Origin: Coleofasciculus chthonoplastes F2-STO-03
Lineage (GTDB): Bacteria > Cyanobacteriota > Cyanobacteriia > Cyanobacteriales > Coleofasciculaceae
NCBI GenBank assembly: GCA_040222015.1
Contig: JAVJWO010000155.1
Location: forward strand, 1-30,598
Reading direction: 5' to 3'
Length of the DNA: 30,598 bases
A program made the position numbers and the translations under genes. Positions 1-9,389 of this stretch are shown piece by piece. Position 1 is the stretch's first letter. Each line of letters starts with the position of its first letter. The notes under the pieces are model-generated. The model worked only from the letters and a program-made list of their open reading frames with translations. It searched no databases and was not told where the DNA came from.

Positions 1-130
1 GAGCAGAGGGAGCAGAGGGAGCAGAGGGAGCAGAGGGAGCAGAGGGAGCAGAGGGAGCAGAGGGAGCAGAGGGAGCAGAGGGAGCAGAGGGAGCAGAGGG
101 AGCAGAGGGAGCAGAGGGAGCAGAGGGAGC
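1..130. repeat. Tandem 9-mer (GAGCAGAGG) x14, open at the window edge
   Basis: Perfect 9-bp periodicity from 1 to 126 plus a partial unit. Confidence 0.95.
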
Positions 131-157
131 TGGGGAACCTGGGAAAGATGGGGACGA

Positions 158-199
158 ATGACAAATGACCAATGACCAATGACCAATGACCAATGACTC
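158..199. repeat. Heptamer STRR-like repeat (ATGACCA)n overlapping the lhgO start
   Basis: ATG recurs every 7 bp at 158, 165, 172, 179, 186 and 193. Confidence 0.9.
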
Positions 200-1407
200 A
201 ATATAATTTTACAATTATCGGTGGCGGAATAGTTGGCTTGTCCACAGCCTTAGCAATCGGACAACGCTACCCTGACTGTAAGATTTTAGTCCTGGAAAAA
301 GAGAACTCTTGGGCATATCACCAGACGGGCAATAATAGCGGTGTCATTCATTCGGGGATTTATTATAAACCGGGCAGTTTTAAAGCAAAATTTGCCCGTG
401 AAGGGAACCTGTCTATGGTCAGATTTTGTCAGGAACATGGGATTCCTCATGATGTCTGTGGCAAAGTGATTGTGGCGACAGAATCTGAGGAATTACCGTT
501 GCTGGATAATCTCTATCAACGGGGATTAGAGAATGGGTTAACGGTGAAGCGAATTAGTCTGGAAGAGGTGGCAGAAATTGAACCTCATATCCGTTCTGTT
601 GGTGGAATTCGCGTAGCGGCGACGGGGATTGTCGATTATCGGCAAGTGTGTGAAAAGTATGTGGAATTAATTAGCGCCCAAGGGGGAGAACTGCGATTAA
701 ATACCACGGTGCAAAATCTGCGGGAAACGTCTGACGGTTTAGTTGTAGAAACCAATCAAGGTGAATTTGAGACGCGGATGGCGATTAACTGTGCTGGATT
801 GCAGAGCGATCGCGTGGTGAAATTGGGTCAGATGCAGCCTCCAGCTAAGATTATACCGTTTCGGGGGGAGTATTACGAACTGAAGCCGGAAAAGCGATAT
901 CTGGTAAACCATCTAATTTATCCGGTTCCTAATCCTAATTTTCCCTTTTTAGGCGTGCATTTTACCCGGATGATTGATGGTGGGATTCATGCTGGTCCAA
1001 ATGCGGTGCTGAGTTTTAAGCGAGAAGGGTATAAAAAGACGGATTTTGACTGGGGAGATTTTGTCGAGATTATCACGTTTCCGGGGTGTTGGAAATTGGC
1101 ACAAAGTTATTGGAAAATCGGTGTGGAAGAAATTATTCGTTCCTTTAGTAAAGCTGCATTTGTTCGCAGTTTGCAACGGCTGATTCCGGAGATTCAATCT
1201 GATGATTTAATGCCCACTCATGCAGGCGTTCGCGCCCAAGCGTTGATGGAGAATGGTCAATTAGTGGATGATTTTCTGATTGTCGAAGGACATAAAACTC
1301 TGCATGTCTGTAATGCGCCCTCTCCAGCGGCTACCGCTTCCCTAGAAATTGGACGTGCGATCGCGGATCGAGTAGAGACGTTGCATGCAACGTCTCTACA
1401 ATTGTAG
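193..1407 (+). CDS. lhgO: L-2-hydroxyglutarate oxidase (FAD-dependent)
   Basis: 404 aa; GGGIVG FAD motif, HQTGNNSGVIHSGIYY, PFLGVHFT, GVRAQA and NAPSPAATAS motifs typical of LhgO. Confidence 0.92.
   Translation: MTQYNFTIIGGGIVGLSTALAIGQRYPDCKILVLEKENSWAYHQTGNNSGVIHSGIYYKPGSFKAKFAREGNLSMVRFCQEHGIPHDVCGKVIVATESEELPLLDNLYQRGLENGLTVKRISLEEVAEIEPHIRSVGGIRVAATGIVDYRQVCEKYVELISAQGGELRLNTTVQNLRETSDGLVVETNQGEFETRMAINCAGLQSDRVVKLGQMQPPAKIIPFRGEYYELKPEKRYLVNHLIYPVPNPNFPFLGVHFTRMIDGGIHAGPNAVLSFKREGYKKTDFDWGDFVEIITFPGCWKLAQSYWKIGVEEIIRSFSKAAFVRSLQRLIPEIQSDDLMPTHAGVRAQALMENGQLVDDFLIVEGHKTLHVCNAPSPAATASLEIGRAIADRVETLHATSLQL
1372..1399. repeat. 28-bp perfect GTAG-type palindrome GTAGAGACGTTGCATGCAACGTCTCTAC inside the lhgO 3' end
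   Basis: Perfect inverted symmetry; relatives at 10727-10754, 11651-11678 and near 24488-24511. Confidence 0.9.
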
Positions 1408-2089
1408 GGGCGACCCGCCGCATACAATTAACAACACCCAACCCTGAATCGACTCGGGTCGCCCCCCGCTAGGTATTGGGAATTACATATTTGACACCGC
1501 TTACCTTTGGACAAGGGCGAGTCGAGATAGGTTAATTCTCACACTATCTACGATGTGCAGCGAGGAGCCCCTACCACGGCGATAATCCCCAAAATGGCGA
1601 TAATCCCGACAATTCCAGGGAAACACCGCCCGGTATCGGTAATTATCGGTCAACGGAGAACCCACCCCTGATATTCACACCCCTGTAGGGGCGACCCGCC
1701 GTATTCAATTCACATCACCAAACCCTTAATTCTATCGGGTCGCCCTGTATCAAGTATCAAGAATTATCTGACACCACCTACCTTTGGACAAGGGCGAGTC
1801 GAGACAGGTTAATTCTCACACCGCCTAAGATGTGCAGCGAGGAGCCCCTACCACGGCGATAATCCCCAAAATGGCGATAATCCCGACAATTCCAGGGAAA
1901 CACCCCTGACATTCACACCCCTGTAGGGGCGATCCGCCGCATACAATTCACATCACCAAACCCTTAATTTTATCGGGTCGCCCTGTATCAAGTATCAAGA
2001 ATTATCTGACACCACCTACCTTTGGACAAGGGCGAGTCGAGATAGGTTAATTCTCACAGCGCCTACGATGTGCAGCGAGGAGCCCCTAC
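1404..2089. repeat. Three tandem ~167-171 bp REP-doublet (REPIN/BIME-like) units GTAGGGGCG...GCCCCTAC
   Basis: Units at 1404-1574, 1685-1851 and 1923-2089 are highly similar and are joined by related linkers. Confidence 0.9.
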
Positions 2090-2154
2090 AGAAGGAAACT
2101 TAACAAAATCTAGGGCTAAAGCCCTTACTACGAACGAAGGAATGAAATGATTCC

Positions 2155-3030
2155 TTAAGTCACTACATACCGCTGAATAAAATGTTCTAGGGATTCCATT
2201 TGCAAATTGTAGACTGATTCAATCTCTGCAATTTGTTCTGTCGTACAGAAAAATTCATTCGTGATTAAGGTTCGTAGCGTATTTAACCCACTACTGACAC
2301 TGGGATTAACAAATTCTAATGCCGTTTTTACCCCATCAAAGACAAATAAGGGCGGATTAATAATAATCGGTTCCCGATTAAACACACGACCAAAAATATG
2401 AGGAATCTCTTCCCGTTGCAGAATATCAGGTCCCCCTACTGGAAATATTTGATTGTGGGCGGCTTCCAGGCTAATTGAATCAACTGCAATTTTGGCTAAA
2501 TCATCGGTACTGACAATTGATGAACGATGCTTGGGATTCCCGTTGAGCAAATAAACCCCCGTTTCACGAAATCGCTCCGCTAATGGTAAAAGATTAGAGG
2601 TAAAACCTGAAGGGCGAAGAATCGTATAGGTGATATCACTCCTTTGTAAATACTTTTCCGTGGCTCGTTTCGCCTTAAACACGGGTGCATTTTCATATTC
2701 TCGTTCTGCACCTAACACTGAAATATAGACAAATTGCTTAATTCCCAGCAGTTTTGCCTGATCAATCAACTCTCGATTAGCCCGATAATCGATGGCTTGA
2801 GCATCACCTCCGGAACCATGGGCGCTAATAATATAATCCACTCCCTGACAGGCTTTTTCGATGTCTTTATCATCGCGCAAATCCCCAATAAATATCTCCG
2901 CACCTCGGTTTTCTAATTCCTTGTAATTCGAGGATAACCGGACAAATGCCCGCACCGGTAATTCCCGTTCCCGTAACACCCGAACAATCCGGCGTCCTAA
3001 TCCTCCAGTAGCACCTGTGACTAAATACAT
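2155..3030 (-). CDS. NAD(P)-binding SDR/NmrA-like (Ycf39-like) oxidoreductase
   Basis: 291 aa; LVTGATGGLG Rossmann motif and YTILRPSGF motif of atypical SDRs. Confidence 0.85.
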   Translation of the reverse strand: MYLVTGATGGLGRRIVRVLRERELPVRAFVRLSSNYKELENRGAEIFIGDLRDDKDIEKACQGVDYIISAHGSGGDAQAIDYRANRELIDQAKLLGIKQFVYISVLGAEREYENAPVFKAKRATEKYLQRSDITYTILRPSGFTSNLLPLAERFRETGVYLLNGNPKHRSSIVSTDDLAKIAVDSISLEAAHNQIFPVGGPDILQREEIPHIFGRVFNREPIIINPPLFVFDGVKTALEFVNPSVSSGLNTLRTLITNEFFCTTEQIAEIESVYNLQMESLEHFIQRYVVT

Positions 3031-3073
3031 AAAAACCTCCTTTACCTATTTTATGGGTTAATATAAAGGGCGA

Positions 3074-3115
3074 CCCCTCACCCCCAGCCCCTCTCCCACG
3101 CCGGGGAGAGGGGAG
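3074..3115 (+). repeat. CCCCTCACCCCCAGCCCCTCTCCC...GGGAGAGGGGAG hairpin repeat, copy 1
   Basis: Near-identical inverted copy at 8207-8247, direct copy at 9389-9430 and a variant at about 9515-9557. Confidence 0.85.
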
Positions 3116-3229
3116 TAAGAGAATCCTTACTTTTGTCCTTAAGTTAACACTAAGAGCAAGCGGGTCACCTCTACAGATTTTTTATTACCAAATGTCGCTT
3201 TTACAGATTTTCTATGTTTGCCATTCATC

Positions 3230-4024
3230 TTAACTCTTAAACTCAACAATCACTGGCGCATGATCGCTGGGTTTCTCCAGGGTTCTGGGTTCTACATCAA
3301 TCCTACAACTGGTTGCAGCTTCATAGAGCTTCGGCGTCAAATAATGATGGTCAATCCGCCACCCTCGATTGCGGCTAAACCCACCATGGCGATAATCCCA
3401 CCAGCTAAAATGACCCCCGTCTTGAGTAAATTTACGAAATGCATCTCCTAAGCCTAGCGCCAACACCTCCTCTAAGGCTTGGCGTTCTGCTGGAGATGCC
3501 ATAATATGCTTGTCTTTATTCTTGGGATTATGAATATCTCGGTCATCGGGCGCAATGTTAAAGTCCCCACAGATACAGAGTTCATGAGATTGAGTATCTA
3601 AGAGCGATCGCACATATTCCCGTAACAGTTTCAACCAGCGCAGTTTATACTCATACTTCTCACTTCCCACCTCAGAACCATTGGGAACATAGAGATTAAT
3701 AATCCGAACGCCATCCAGGATACCTGTAATCACCCGCTTCTGCCCGTCCAATTCTCCCACCTCTTCCGGCGTCAATACTCCCGTAAACCCCACACTCACC
3801 GCCTCTAAAGGGTTACGGCTAAACAGTGCCACCCCGTTATAGGATTTTTGCCCCGACACATAGAGATGATAGCCTAACTCTTCAAAGTGCGATCGCGGAA
3901 ATTGCTCATCAACGACTTTGGTTTCCTGCAAACACAGCACATCCACAGGATTTGCGGTTAACCACTGACAGACATGATCTTGGCGGGTGCGAATTGAGTT
4001 GACATTCCAGGTAGCGATTTTCAT
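3230..4024 (-). CDS. xth: Exodeoxyribonuclease III (AP endonuclease)
   Basis: MKIATWNVNSIR, LCLQETK, CGDFNIAP, FSWWDYR, GWRIDH and SDHAPV motifs. Confidence 0.96.
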   Translation of the reverse strand: MKIATWNVNSIRTRQDHVCQWLTANPVDVLCLQETKVVDEQFPRSHFEELGYHLYVSGQKSYNGVALFSRNPLEAVSVGFTGVLTPEEVGELDGQKRVITGILDGVRIINLYVPNGSEVGSEKYEYKLRWLKLLREYVRSLLDTQSHELCICGDFNIAPDDRDIHNPKNKDKHIMASPAERQALEEVLALGLGDAFRKFTQDGGHFSWWDYRHGGFSRNRGWRIDHHYLTPKLYEAATSCRIDVEPRTLEKPSDHAPVIVEFKS

Positions 4025-4031
4025 ATTAATT

Positions 4032-7000
4032 CTATAATCTTTTCAATTTTACGGCTTTTGTCTCTCCTTGACAGACCCAAGCCCCCCAGAAGTAAGGATG
4101 GGCGAGGGGTTGATCGGTTTCACTCAATTGTCGAGTCTGGGGTAGTAAATTCCCTAATTCCGCTAAGATGCTACACCCTAATTCAGAGTCCTGTAACTGT
4201 TTAACCGTAATTGTGCGAATATAATCTTGAGCCTGTTTTAATGCCACACGTCGTCCTATACCCTGACGCAGATTGGATAAGAAGCGATTCATCAACAAAG
4301 CCGTCGCGCGATCGGGAACTGACCAAAGGCTCATGATTAAGGTTTTGGTTCCGGCTATGGCAAAGGCGCGACGCAAGCCGAACACTCCTTCACCCAGTTT
4401 CACATCCCCGATTCCAGTTTGGCAGGCGGAGAGGATAGCGAGTTCGGTTTCCCAGAGGTCAAGGGCGGCGATGTCTTGGGCGAATACCATGCCTTTTTCA
4501 GCGGCGGCGGGTAAGGGTTTGCCTGCTAGCCAACGGTTCGCGCCCGCAAAGGCGAGGGCGGAACGTAACATTGGATCTTCAGGATCGGAGGTTGAGGGGG
4601 TTTGGGGGGATTGAATGATTGCCTTAATTCTGGGGATGAGAGTTCGCAACTTGTGAGCAGGATTGGGGTTTCCTTGTTTGGTGAGGAAGGTGGCGACTGT
4701 TTCGATTTCCTCCAGTAATGTCTCGTTGAGCAGCTTGTGGTTATGGTATAAGATAGTCGCTTCTTGTCCATTGGGGCAAGTGAGTAGGGCTAAGATTAAA
4801 TTGTCATAGTCTGGCTGTTGCATGGATTTGGAGAAATAGCCGTGGGTGGCGATTAATAGGAGTTCTGGGGATTGGCAATGGGTGAGGTGAGAGGCGAGGG
4901 CGTCTTTGCCAAAGTAGGGGGGGATGTTGAAGCGTTGGGCGATGCTTTCTCCCAGGCGGCGGGTGCCTTCGGCGTGTTGGAATCGGGAATTGGTTAGGGT
5001 TTGTATGAGAGTGGCGATTGAGTTCTGTTCATTAGGGGAGACAGAGGGCGGGTTTTGTTGAGAGGTTGGCGGTGTTGAGGCTATGTTATCGGCTAAACCC
5101 GCCCCTACAGGTGTTTCGATGGCTATGTTATCGGTTAAACCCGCTTCTACAGGTGCTACGAGGTCAAAATCGGGGTCAGCAATAATTAACGGGGGAGAGG
5201 ATGGGCGATTGGTTTGAATTTTCGAGCGCAAGATATCTCGCCCACCGCTAAGATAACTGATGGCGTACTCGTCTCTTAGCAGAGTTTCTCCTGTCTCATC
5301 ACTGGGGAGAAGGTCAAAAGGTAACAGGTTTAAATCCCCATCGGGGGCGAGGAATAGGGGTTGGTTGGGCTGCAAGTGGGGGCGCAGGGGGGCAAAAATC
5401 CGATGCTGTAATTCTATACCGTTGATGGGTTGGGGTGGTTCGTTTTCCTCTTCTTCCTCGTCATCGCCTCCCATGTCTAAAGATTGCACTGCTTTTACAG
5501 AGTCAGAGACATCGCGGCGAAAGTCCTGTATCAGTTGGTCAATCTCTTGGGCTGCGTCTAAGTATCGCATCTGCACGTTATCGGGTTGTCCGGCGGGTAG
5601 GATAAATGCTATATAACGGGCGGGTTGCCATTGAAATTGCTTATTAGTGGCGTGGAAATCAAAGACCTTAAAACAGACAAACTCGATTAAACTGCTACCT
5701 TCAGGTAGTGCTAAGGCGACAGTTTGACAGTCAATCCGTTGGTCTTGCAGTTGGATTTCTGGGACTTGGGCGGTCAGTTGTTTCTGTAGTTGGTTCTGTT
5801 CCCTTTGCAGTTGGGGAATCAGGTCAGGTCGAGGTTCGTGATAGATATAGTGGATAATCTGGTCGCTGAGTTGTCGCAGTTTCGTAAACTCCGATTGCAG
5901 ATGGGGATAATGCCCACTATGGATGGCTTGATTGAGGGCGGCGGAAGCGGCGGCGGTGAGGCATTTGCGCTGGAGGATTAAATCGAGTGCGGTTTGGATG
6001 GCGTGGGCAGAGTTGGGGAAATGCTGATAGATGAGAGAGAGGAATCGATCAAAATTATCTCTGACCGTTTGCAGAAAGGCAAGGCGATCGCTTTCCGAAC
6101 TGTAGGTAAAGGCTTGGTAAATTAAACGGTTCTCGATTGCCATTGCCTGTTTCATGTAGTCTAGCGCTTGATCATAGCGCTGGGTGGCAGCGAATAATGA
6201 GGCTAAATTATTGAGATTGATGGCAATATCAGGATGATTGCTAGTAAATAGTTGTTGACTCATTGCCAAGGCTTGCTGATAAAAGGATTCCGCTTCGCCT
6301 AGTTTTCCCTGTAATTCGTAGAGATGAGCTAAATTATTCAGACTTCTAGCCATATAAGGATGGTTACCAACAAACAGGCGCTGATTCATTGCTAAAGCTT
6401 GCTGATAAAAAGATTCTGCTTTGGCTAGTCTTCCCTGTGATTGATAAAGATAAGCTAAATTATTCAGACTTGTAACTATATCAGGATGGTCATTAGCAAA
6501 CAGGTGCTGCCTCATTGTGAAGGCTTGCTGTAACAGGGGTTCCGCTTCGGCTAGTCTTCCCTGAGATTGGTAAAGATAAGCTAAATTATGCAGACTTTGT
6601 GCCACATTTGGATGGTCATCAGCAAACAAGCGCTGTGTTATTGCCAGGGCTTGCTTTAACAAGGTTTCTGCTTCGGCTAATTTTCCTTGGGATTTGTAGA
6701 GTAAAGCTAAATTATTTAAACTTTGTGCCACATCAGGATGGTCATCAGTAAACAGGCGCTGCCACATTGCTAGGGCTTGCTGATATAAAGGTTCGGCTTC
6801 CGTTATTCTTCCCTGAGCATTGTAGATATAAGCTAAATTATTTAAACTTTGTGCCACATTAGAATGATCATCAGCAAATAATCGCTGATTCATTGCCAGA
6901 GCTTGCTGAAACAAGGGTTCGGCTTCCGCTATTCTTCCCTGAGCATTGTAGATATAAGCTAACTTATCTAAACTTTGTGCCACATGAGGATGATCATCAG

Positions 7001-7802
7001 CAAATAATCGCTGTCTCATTGCCAAGGCTTGCTGGGACAAGGATTCTGCTTCTACGAATTTCCCTTGAACATTGTAAATAGAAGCTAAATTATTCAGACT
7101 CGTGGCAACATTGGGATGATCACTGAAAAACAGGCGCTTATTTATTGCCAGGGCTTGTTGTAAAAAAGGTTCTGCTGCTATAAATTTTCCCTGAGATATG
7201 TAGAGTCCGGCTAAATTATTCAGACTGCAAGCAACATCAGGATGGTCATCAGCAAACAGGCGCTGTCTCATGGCTAGGGCTTTTTGATATAAGGATTCCG
7301 CTTCCGCTAATTTCCCCTGAGCATTGCAGATAGAAGCTAGATTATTCAGGCTTGTAGCTACTTTGGGATGATTATTAACAAACAGACGCTGATTCATTGT
7401 CAAGGCTTGTTTTAACAAGGGTTCAGCTTCTGCTAGTTTTCCCTGAGATTTGTAGAGTGCGGCTAAATTATTCAGACTTATCGCCACATCAGGATGGTCA
7501 TCAGCAAACAAGCGCTGTCTCATGGCTAGGGCTTTTTGATATAAGGATTCCGCTTCGGCAAATTTTCCCTGAGCATTGTAGAGATAAGCTAAATTATTCA
7601 GAGTCGCAGCCACATTGGTATGGTCATTTCCCCACAGTTTTTGGGCTAATGCCAATCCCGCTTCAGCTAGACTCACGGCTTGAGCAAATTGACCTTGATT
7701 ATAGAGTTGGAAAACTTGCTGATTTAGTTGTCTACAGCGTAATATCTGCTTGAGTCTCACGAATCTTATTACTAATGTTCGCAATCTATTCAAAACTCTC
7801 AT
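4032..7802 (-). CDS. TPR-repeat plus CHAT (caspase/HetF-like) cysteine protease
   Basis: About 12 42-aa SLNNLA-type TPRs followed by CHAT motifs APDGDLNLLPF, ADPDFD, IATHGYF (His), LSACQTG (Cys), GEGVFGLRRAF, SLWSVPD and HPYFWGAW. Confidence 0.92.
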   Translation of the reverse strand: MRVLNRLRTLVIRFVRLKQILRCRQLNQQVFQLYNQGQFAQAVSLAEAGLALAQKLWGNDHTNVAATLNNLAYLYNAQGKFAEAESLYQKALAMRQRLFADDHPDVAISLNNLAALYKSQGKLAEAEPLLKQALTMNQRLFVNNHPKVATSLNNLASICNAQGKLAEAESLYQKALAMRQRLFADDHPDVACSLNNLAGLYISQGKFIAAEPFLQQALAINKRLFFSDHPNVATSLNNLASIYNVQGKFVEAESLSQQALAMRQRLFADDHPHVAQSLDKLAYIYNAQGRIAEAEPLFQQALAMNQRLFADDHSNVAQSLNNLAYIYNAQGRITEAEPLYQQALAMWQRLFTDDHPDVAQSLNNLALLYKSQGKLAEAETLLKQALAITQRLFADDHPNVAQSLHNLAYLYQSQGRLAEAEPLLQQAFTMRQHLFANDHPDIVTSLNNLAYLYQSQGRLAKAESFYQQALAMNQRLFVGNHPYMARSLNNLAHLYELQGKLGEAESFYQQALAMSQQLFTSNHPDIAINLNNLASLFAATQRYDQALDYMKQAMAIENRLIYQAFTYSSESDRLAFLQTVRDNFDRFLSLIYQHFPNSAHAIQTALDLILQRKCLTAAASAALNQAIHSGHYPHLQSEFTKLRQLSDQIIHYIYHEPRPDLIPQLQREQNQLQKQLTAQVPEIQLQDQRIDCQTVALALPEGSSLIEFVCFKVFDFHATNKQFQWQPARYIAFILPAGQPDNVQMRYLDAAQEIDQLIQDFRRDVSDSVKAVQSLDMGGDDEEEEENEPPQPINGIELQHRIFAPLRPHLQPNQPLFLAPDGDLNLLPFDLLPSDETGETLLRDEYAISYLSGGRDILRSKIQTNRPSSPPLIIADPDFDLVAPVEAGLTDNIAIETPVGAGLADNIASTPPTSQQNPPSVSPNEQNSIATLIQTLTNSRFQHAEGTRRLGESIAQRFNIPPYFGKDALASHLTHCQSPELLLIATHGYFSKSMQQPDYDNLILALLTCPNGQEATILYHNHKLLNETLLEEIETVATFLTKQGNPNPAHKLRTLIPRIKAIIQSPQTPSTSDPEDPMLRSALAFAGANRWLAGKPLPAAAEKGMVFAQDIAALDLWETELAILSACQTGIGDVKLGEGVFGLRRAFAIAGTKTLIMSLWSVPDRATALLMNRFLSNLRQGIGRRVALKQAQDYIRTITVKQLQDSELGCSILAELGNLLPQTRQLSETDQPLAHPYFWGAWVCQGETKAVKLKRL
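5045..5155. repeat. GTAG-type REP element inside the CHAT gene, translated in frame
   Basis: AGGGCGGGTTTTGTTG...CTAAACCCGCCCCTAC plus a 42-bp-period duplication; same family as intergenic copies at 24420-24483 and 25973-26060. Confidence 0.85.
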
Positions 7803-7870
7803 TATCTACTCCTTTTAATGATGTGATTGATTCTTCTAGTTTCCCGATTTCAATTTCCGTAGTTGTCGAG

Positions 7871-8196
7871 TGTGTTAGTGAAGGGTAACGTATCCTTAAA
7901 GGCTTTGGTGGGTTACGGCGGATTGTTCCGTTTCCGGTTATGTGCCATAGTTTTGTTCCCGCCTAACCCACCCTACCGATACCGAGACTTAGGAGTGTTT
8001 GAATTAGATTGAAATACCCTTGAATTCGTTGTTCGTCCATGGTTAATAATTGTGTAGGGGCGCAAGGCTTGCGCCCTGTTTTCCGATGTGTTCGTGAAGG
8101 GTAACGTATCCCTTAAAGGCTTTGGTGGGTTACGGCGGATTGTTCCGTTTCAGGTTATTTTCAATAGTTTTGTTCCCGCCTAACCCACCCTACCGA
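7871..8196. repeat. Two ~108-bp direct repeats (GGTGGGTTACGGCGG...CCGCCTAACCCACCCTAC hairpins) flanking a short GTAG REP
   Basis: Blocks at about 7871-7978 and 8088-8196 are near-identical; GTAGGGGCGCAAGGCTTGCGCCC at 8054 lies between them. Confidence 0.85.
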
Positions 8197-8206
8197 GACT
8201 ATCTTG

Positions 8207-8247
8207 CTCCCCTCTCCCGGCGTGGGAGAGGGGCTGGGGGTGAGGGG
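8207..8247 (-). repeat. Inverted copy of the 3074-3115 hairpin repeat
   Basis: Its reverse complement matches 3074-3115 except for one G. Confidence 0.85.
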
Positions 8248-8282
8248 TTTAGTTTAAGTTGACACGGACAACCCAACCTCAA

Positions 8283-9191
8283 TTACACCGTCACCTGATA
8301 CGCCATCCGCAAAAGTTGGGAGTCGCGGTCATCCTTTACATAGTCCAATAACCCTGTTAAATGCCCTTCCTGCAATTGTAATAAAGGTTCACCTGGTTTC
8401 GGTAGCCAGTCTAACTCGGGTAAATTCCGGGTAATGACTGCTACAATTTCCTCCCAACCTGTTGAACCTGTTAACTTAAAATACCGATGACGAGAACTGG
8501 CTAAGGGTAACGTTATTCTTCCTCCTGAATGTCGCCATTCTGGTGCAAATCCAGAGGGACATAAACACCAAAGTTTCCCCGATGTACCTTTTTCTAATAG
8601 GAGTAAATAGCCCGCCTGTTCCAGATTGATATCTAAGCGAATTTTACTGTTTAACGGAATTGATATGGGGGCAGTTTCGTCAATTTCTGCCTCTCCCATC
8701 TCTAAATCTGACAGCCGTTTCGGATTTAATGAGACAGGCTGCAATTTATCATTGAGCAAAATCGGCTGCATTTTATTGGTTGGCTTGGCTTGTCCCCAAA
8801 GTTCCCGCCAAAGTTCCTCACAGGTGAGAGGAATAATACGGCGCTGTTTGACCCATTCTGGATACAATACCTCACGTAAATAGCGCTTGGCTATTTTCCA
8901 CTTCCCCTTGGTGATTCCCTGGTAGTCGCACCCCTGCGCTTCAAACTTGTCACAAATGGCGATTAAATGGTCGCGGAGAATGGTTGCTGGATTTGACCCA
9001 TCACTGGTTCCTTCTAGTAATTCAGCCTCTAGATACAAGGCGATATCTTTATTCGTTGCATTACTATTTTTATCCTGGAAGCGTGCGAGAAATACATCCC
9101 AGGTTTTGCCAGATAAGCCGAGGCGAGTGGCGATGGCTTTGAGGAATTCGTCCTCATGGATGTCATATTTGGGTAGGTTCATGATTGTCAC
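8283..9191 (-). CDS. N-terminal helical (HTH-like) domain plus C-terminal DUF4384-like domain protein
   Basis: 302 aa, alternative ATG start at 9182. C-terminal IRLDINLEQAGYLLLLEKGTSGKLWCLCPS...GWEEIVAVIT resembles DUF4384. The HTH call is tentative. Confidence 0.7.
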   Translation of the reverse strand: MTIMNLPKYDIHEDEFLKAIATRLGLSGKTWDVFLARFQDKNSNATNKDIALYLEAELLEGTSDGSNPATILRDHLIAICDKFEAQGCDYQGITKGKWKIAKRYLREVLYPEWVKQRRIIPLTCEELWRELWGQAKPTNKMQPILLNDKLQPVSLNPKRLSDLEMGEAEIDETAPISIPLNSKIRLDINLEQAGYLLLLEKGTSGKLWCLCPSGFAPEWRHSGGRITLPLASSRHRYFKLTGSTGWEEIVAVITRNLPELDWLPKPGEPLLQLQEGHLTGLLDYVKDDRDSQLLRMAYQVTV

Positions 9192-9285
9192 CGATTCTGT
9201 GGCTTTACCCCGATTATAAATAGGTAAAATTGACCTGGAAACCCCGGTTCTACTTCGATCTACATTCTTCTATTTCCGGAACTGT

Positions 9286-9389
9286 TAACCTGTAATGCAT
9301 TTAAATTGGGGAGGAGTAGCAAGCAAGATCCTCGCACTACCAGGACTTGGCATTCCTTGGCATTAAGGGTTAAGTTCTGAACAGCTTAC
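9286..9389 (+). mobile_element. ~104-bp MITE/REPIN-like element with one internal GTAG hairpin
   Basis: Ends and interior align by eye with the reverse complement of 25042-25345. Confidence 0.6.

Noticed and set aside
1404..2089. CRISPR array
   Set aside because: Intervening sequences are themselves repeated rather than unique spacers, the period is 240-280 bp, and no cas genes are present.
4032..9191. Type III-E CRISPR (Craspase) or diversity-generating retroelement association for the TPR-CHAT gene
   Set aside because: No cas7-11, array, reverse transcriptase or template/variable repeat pair is visible in the window.
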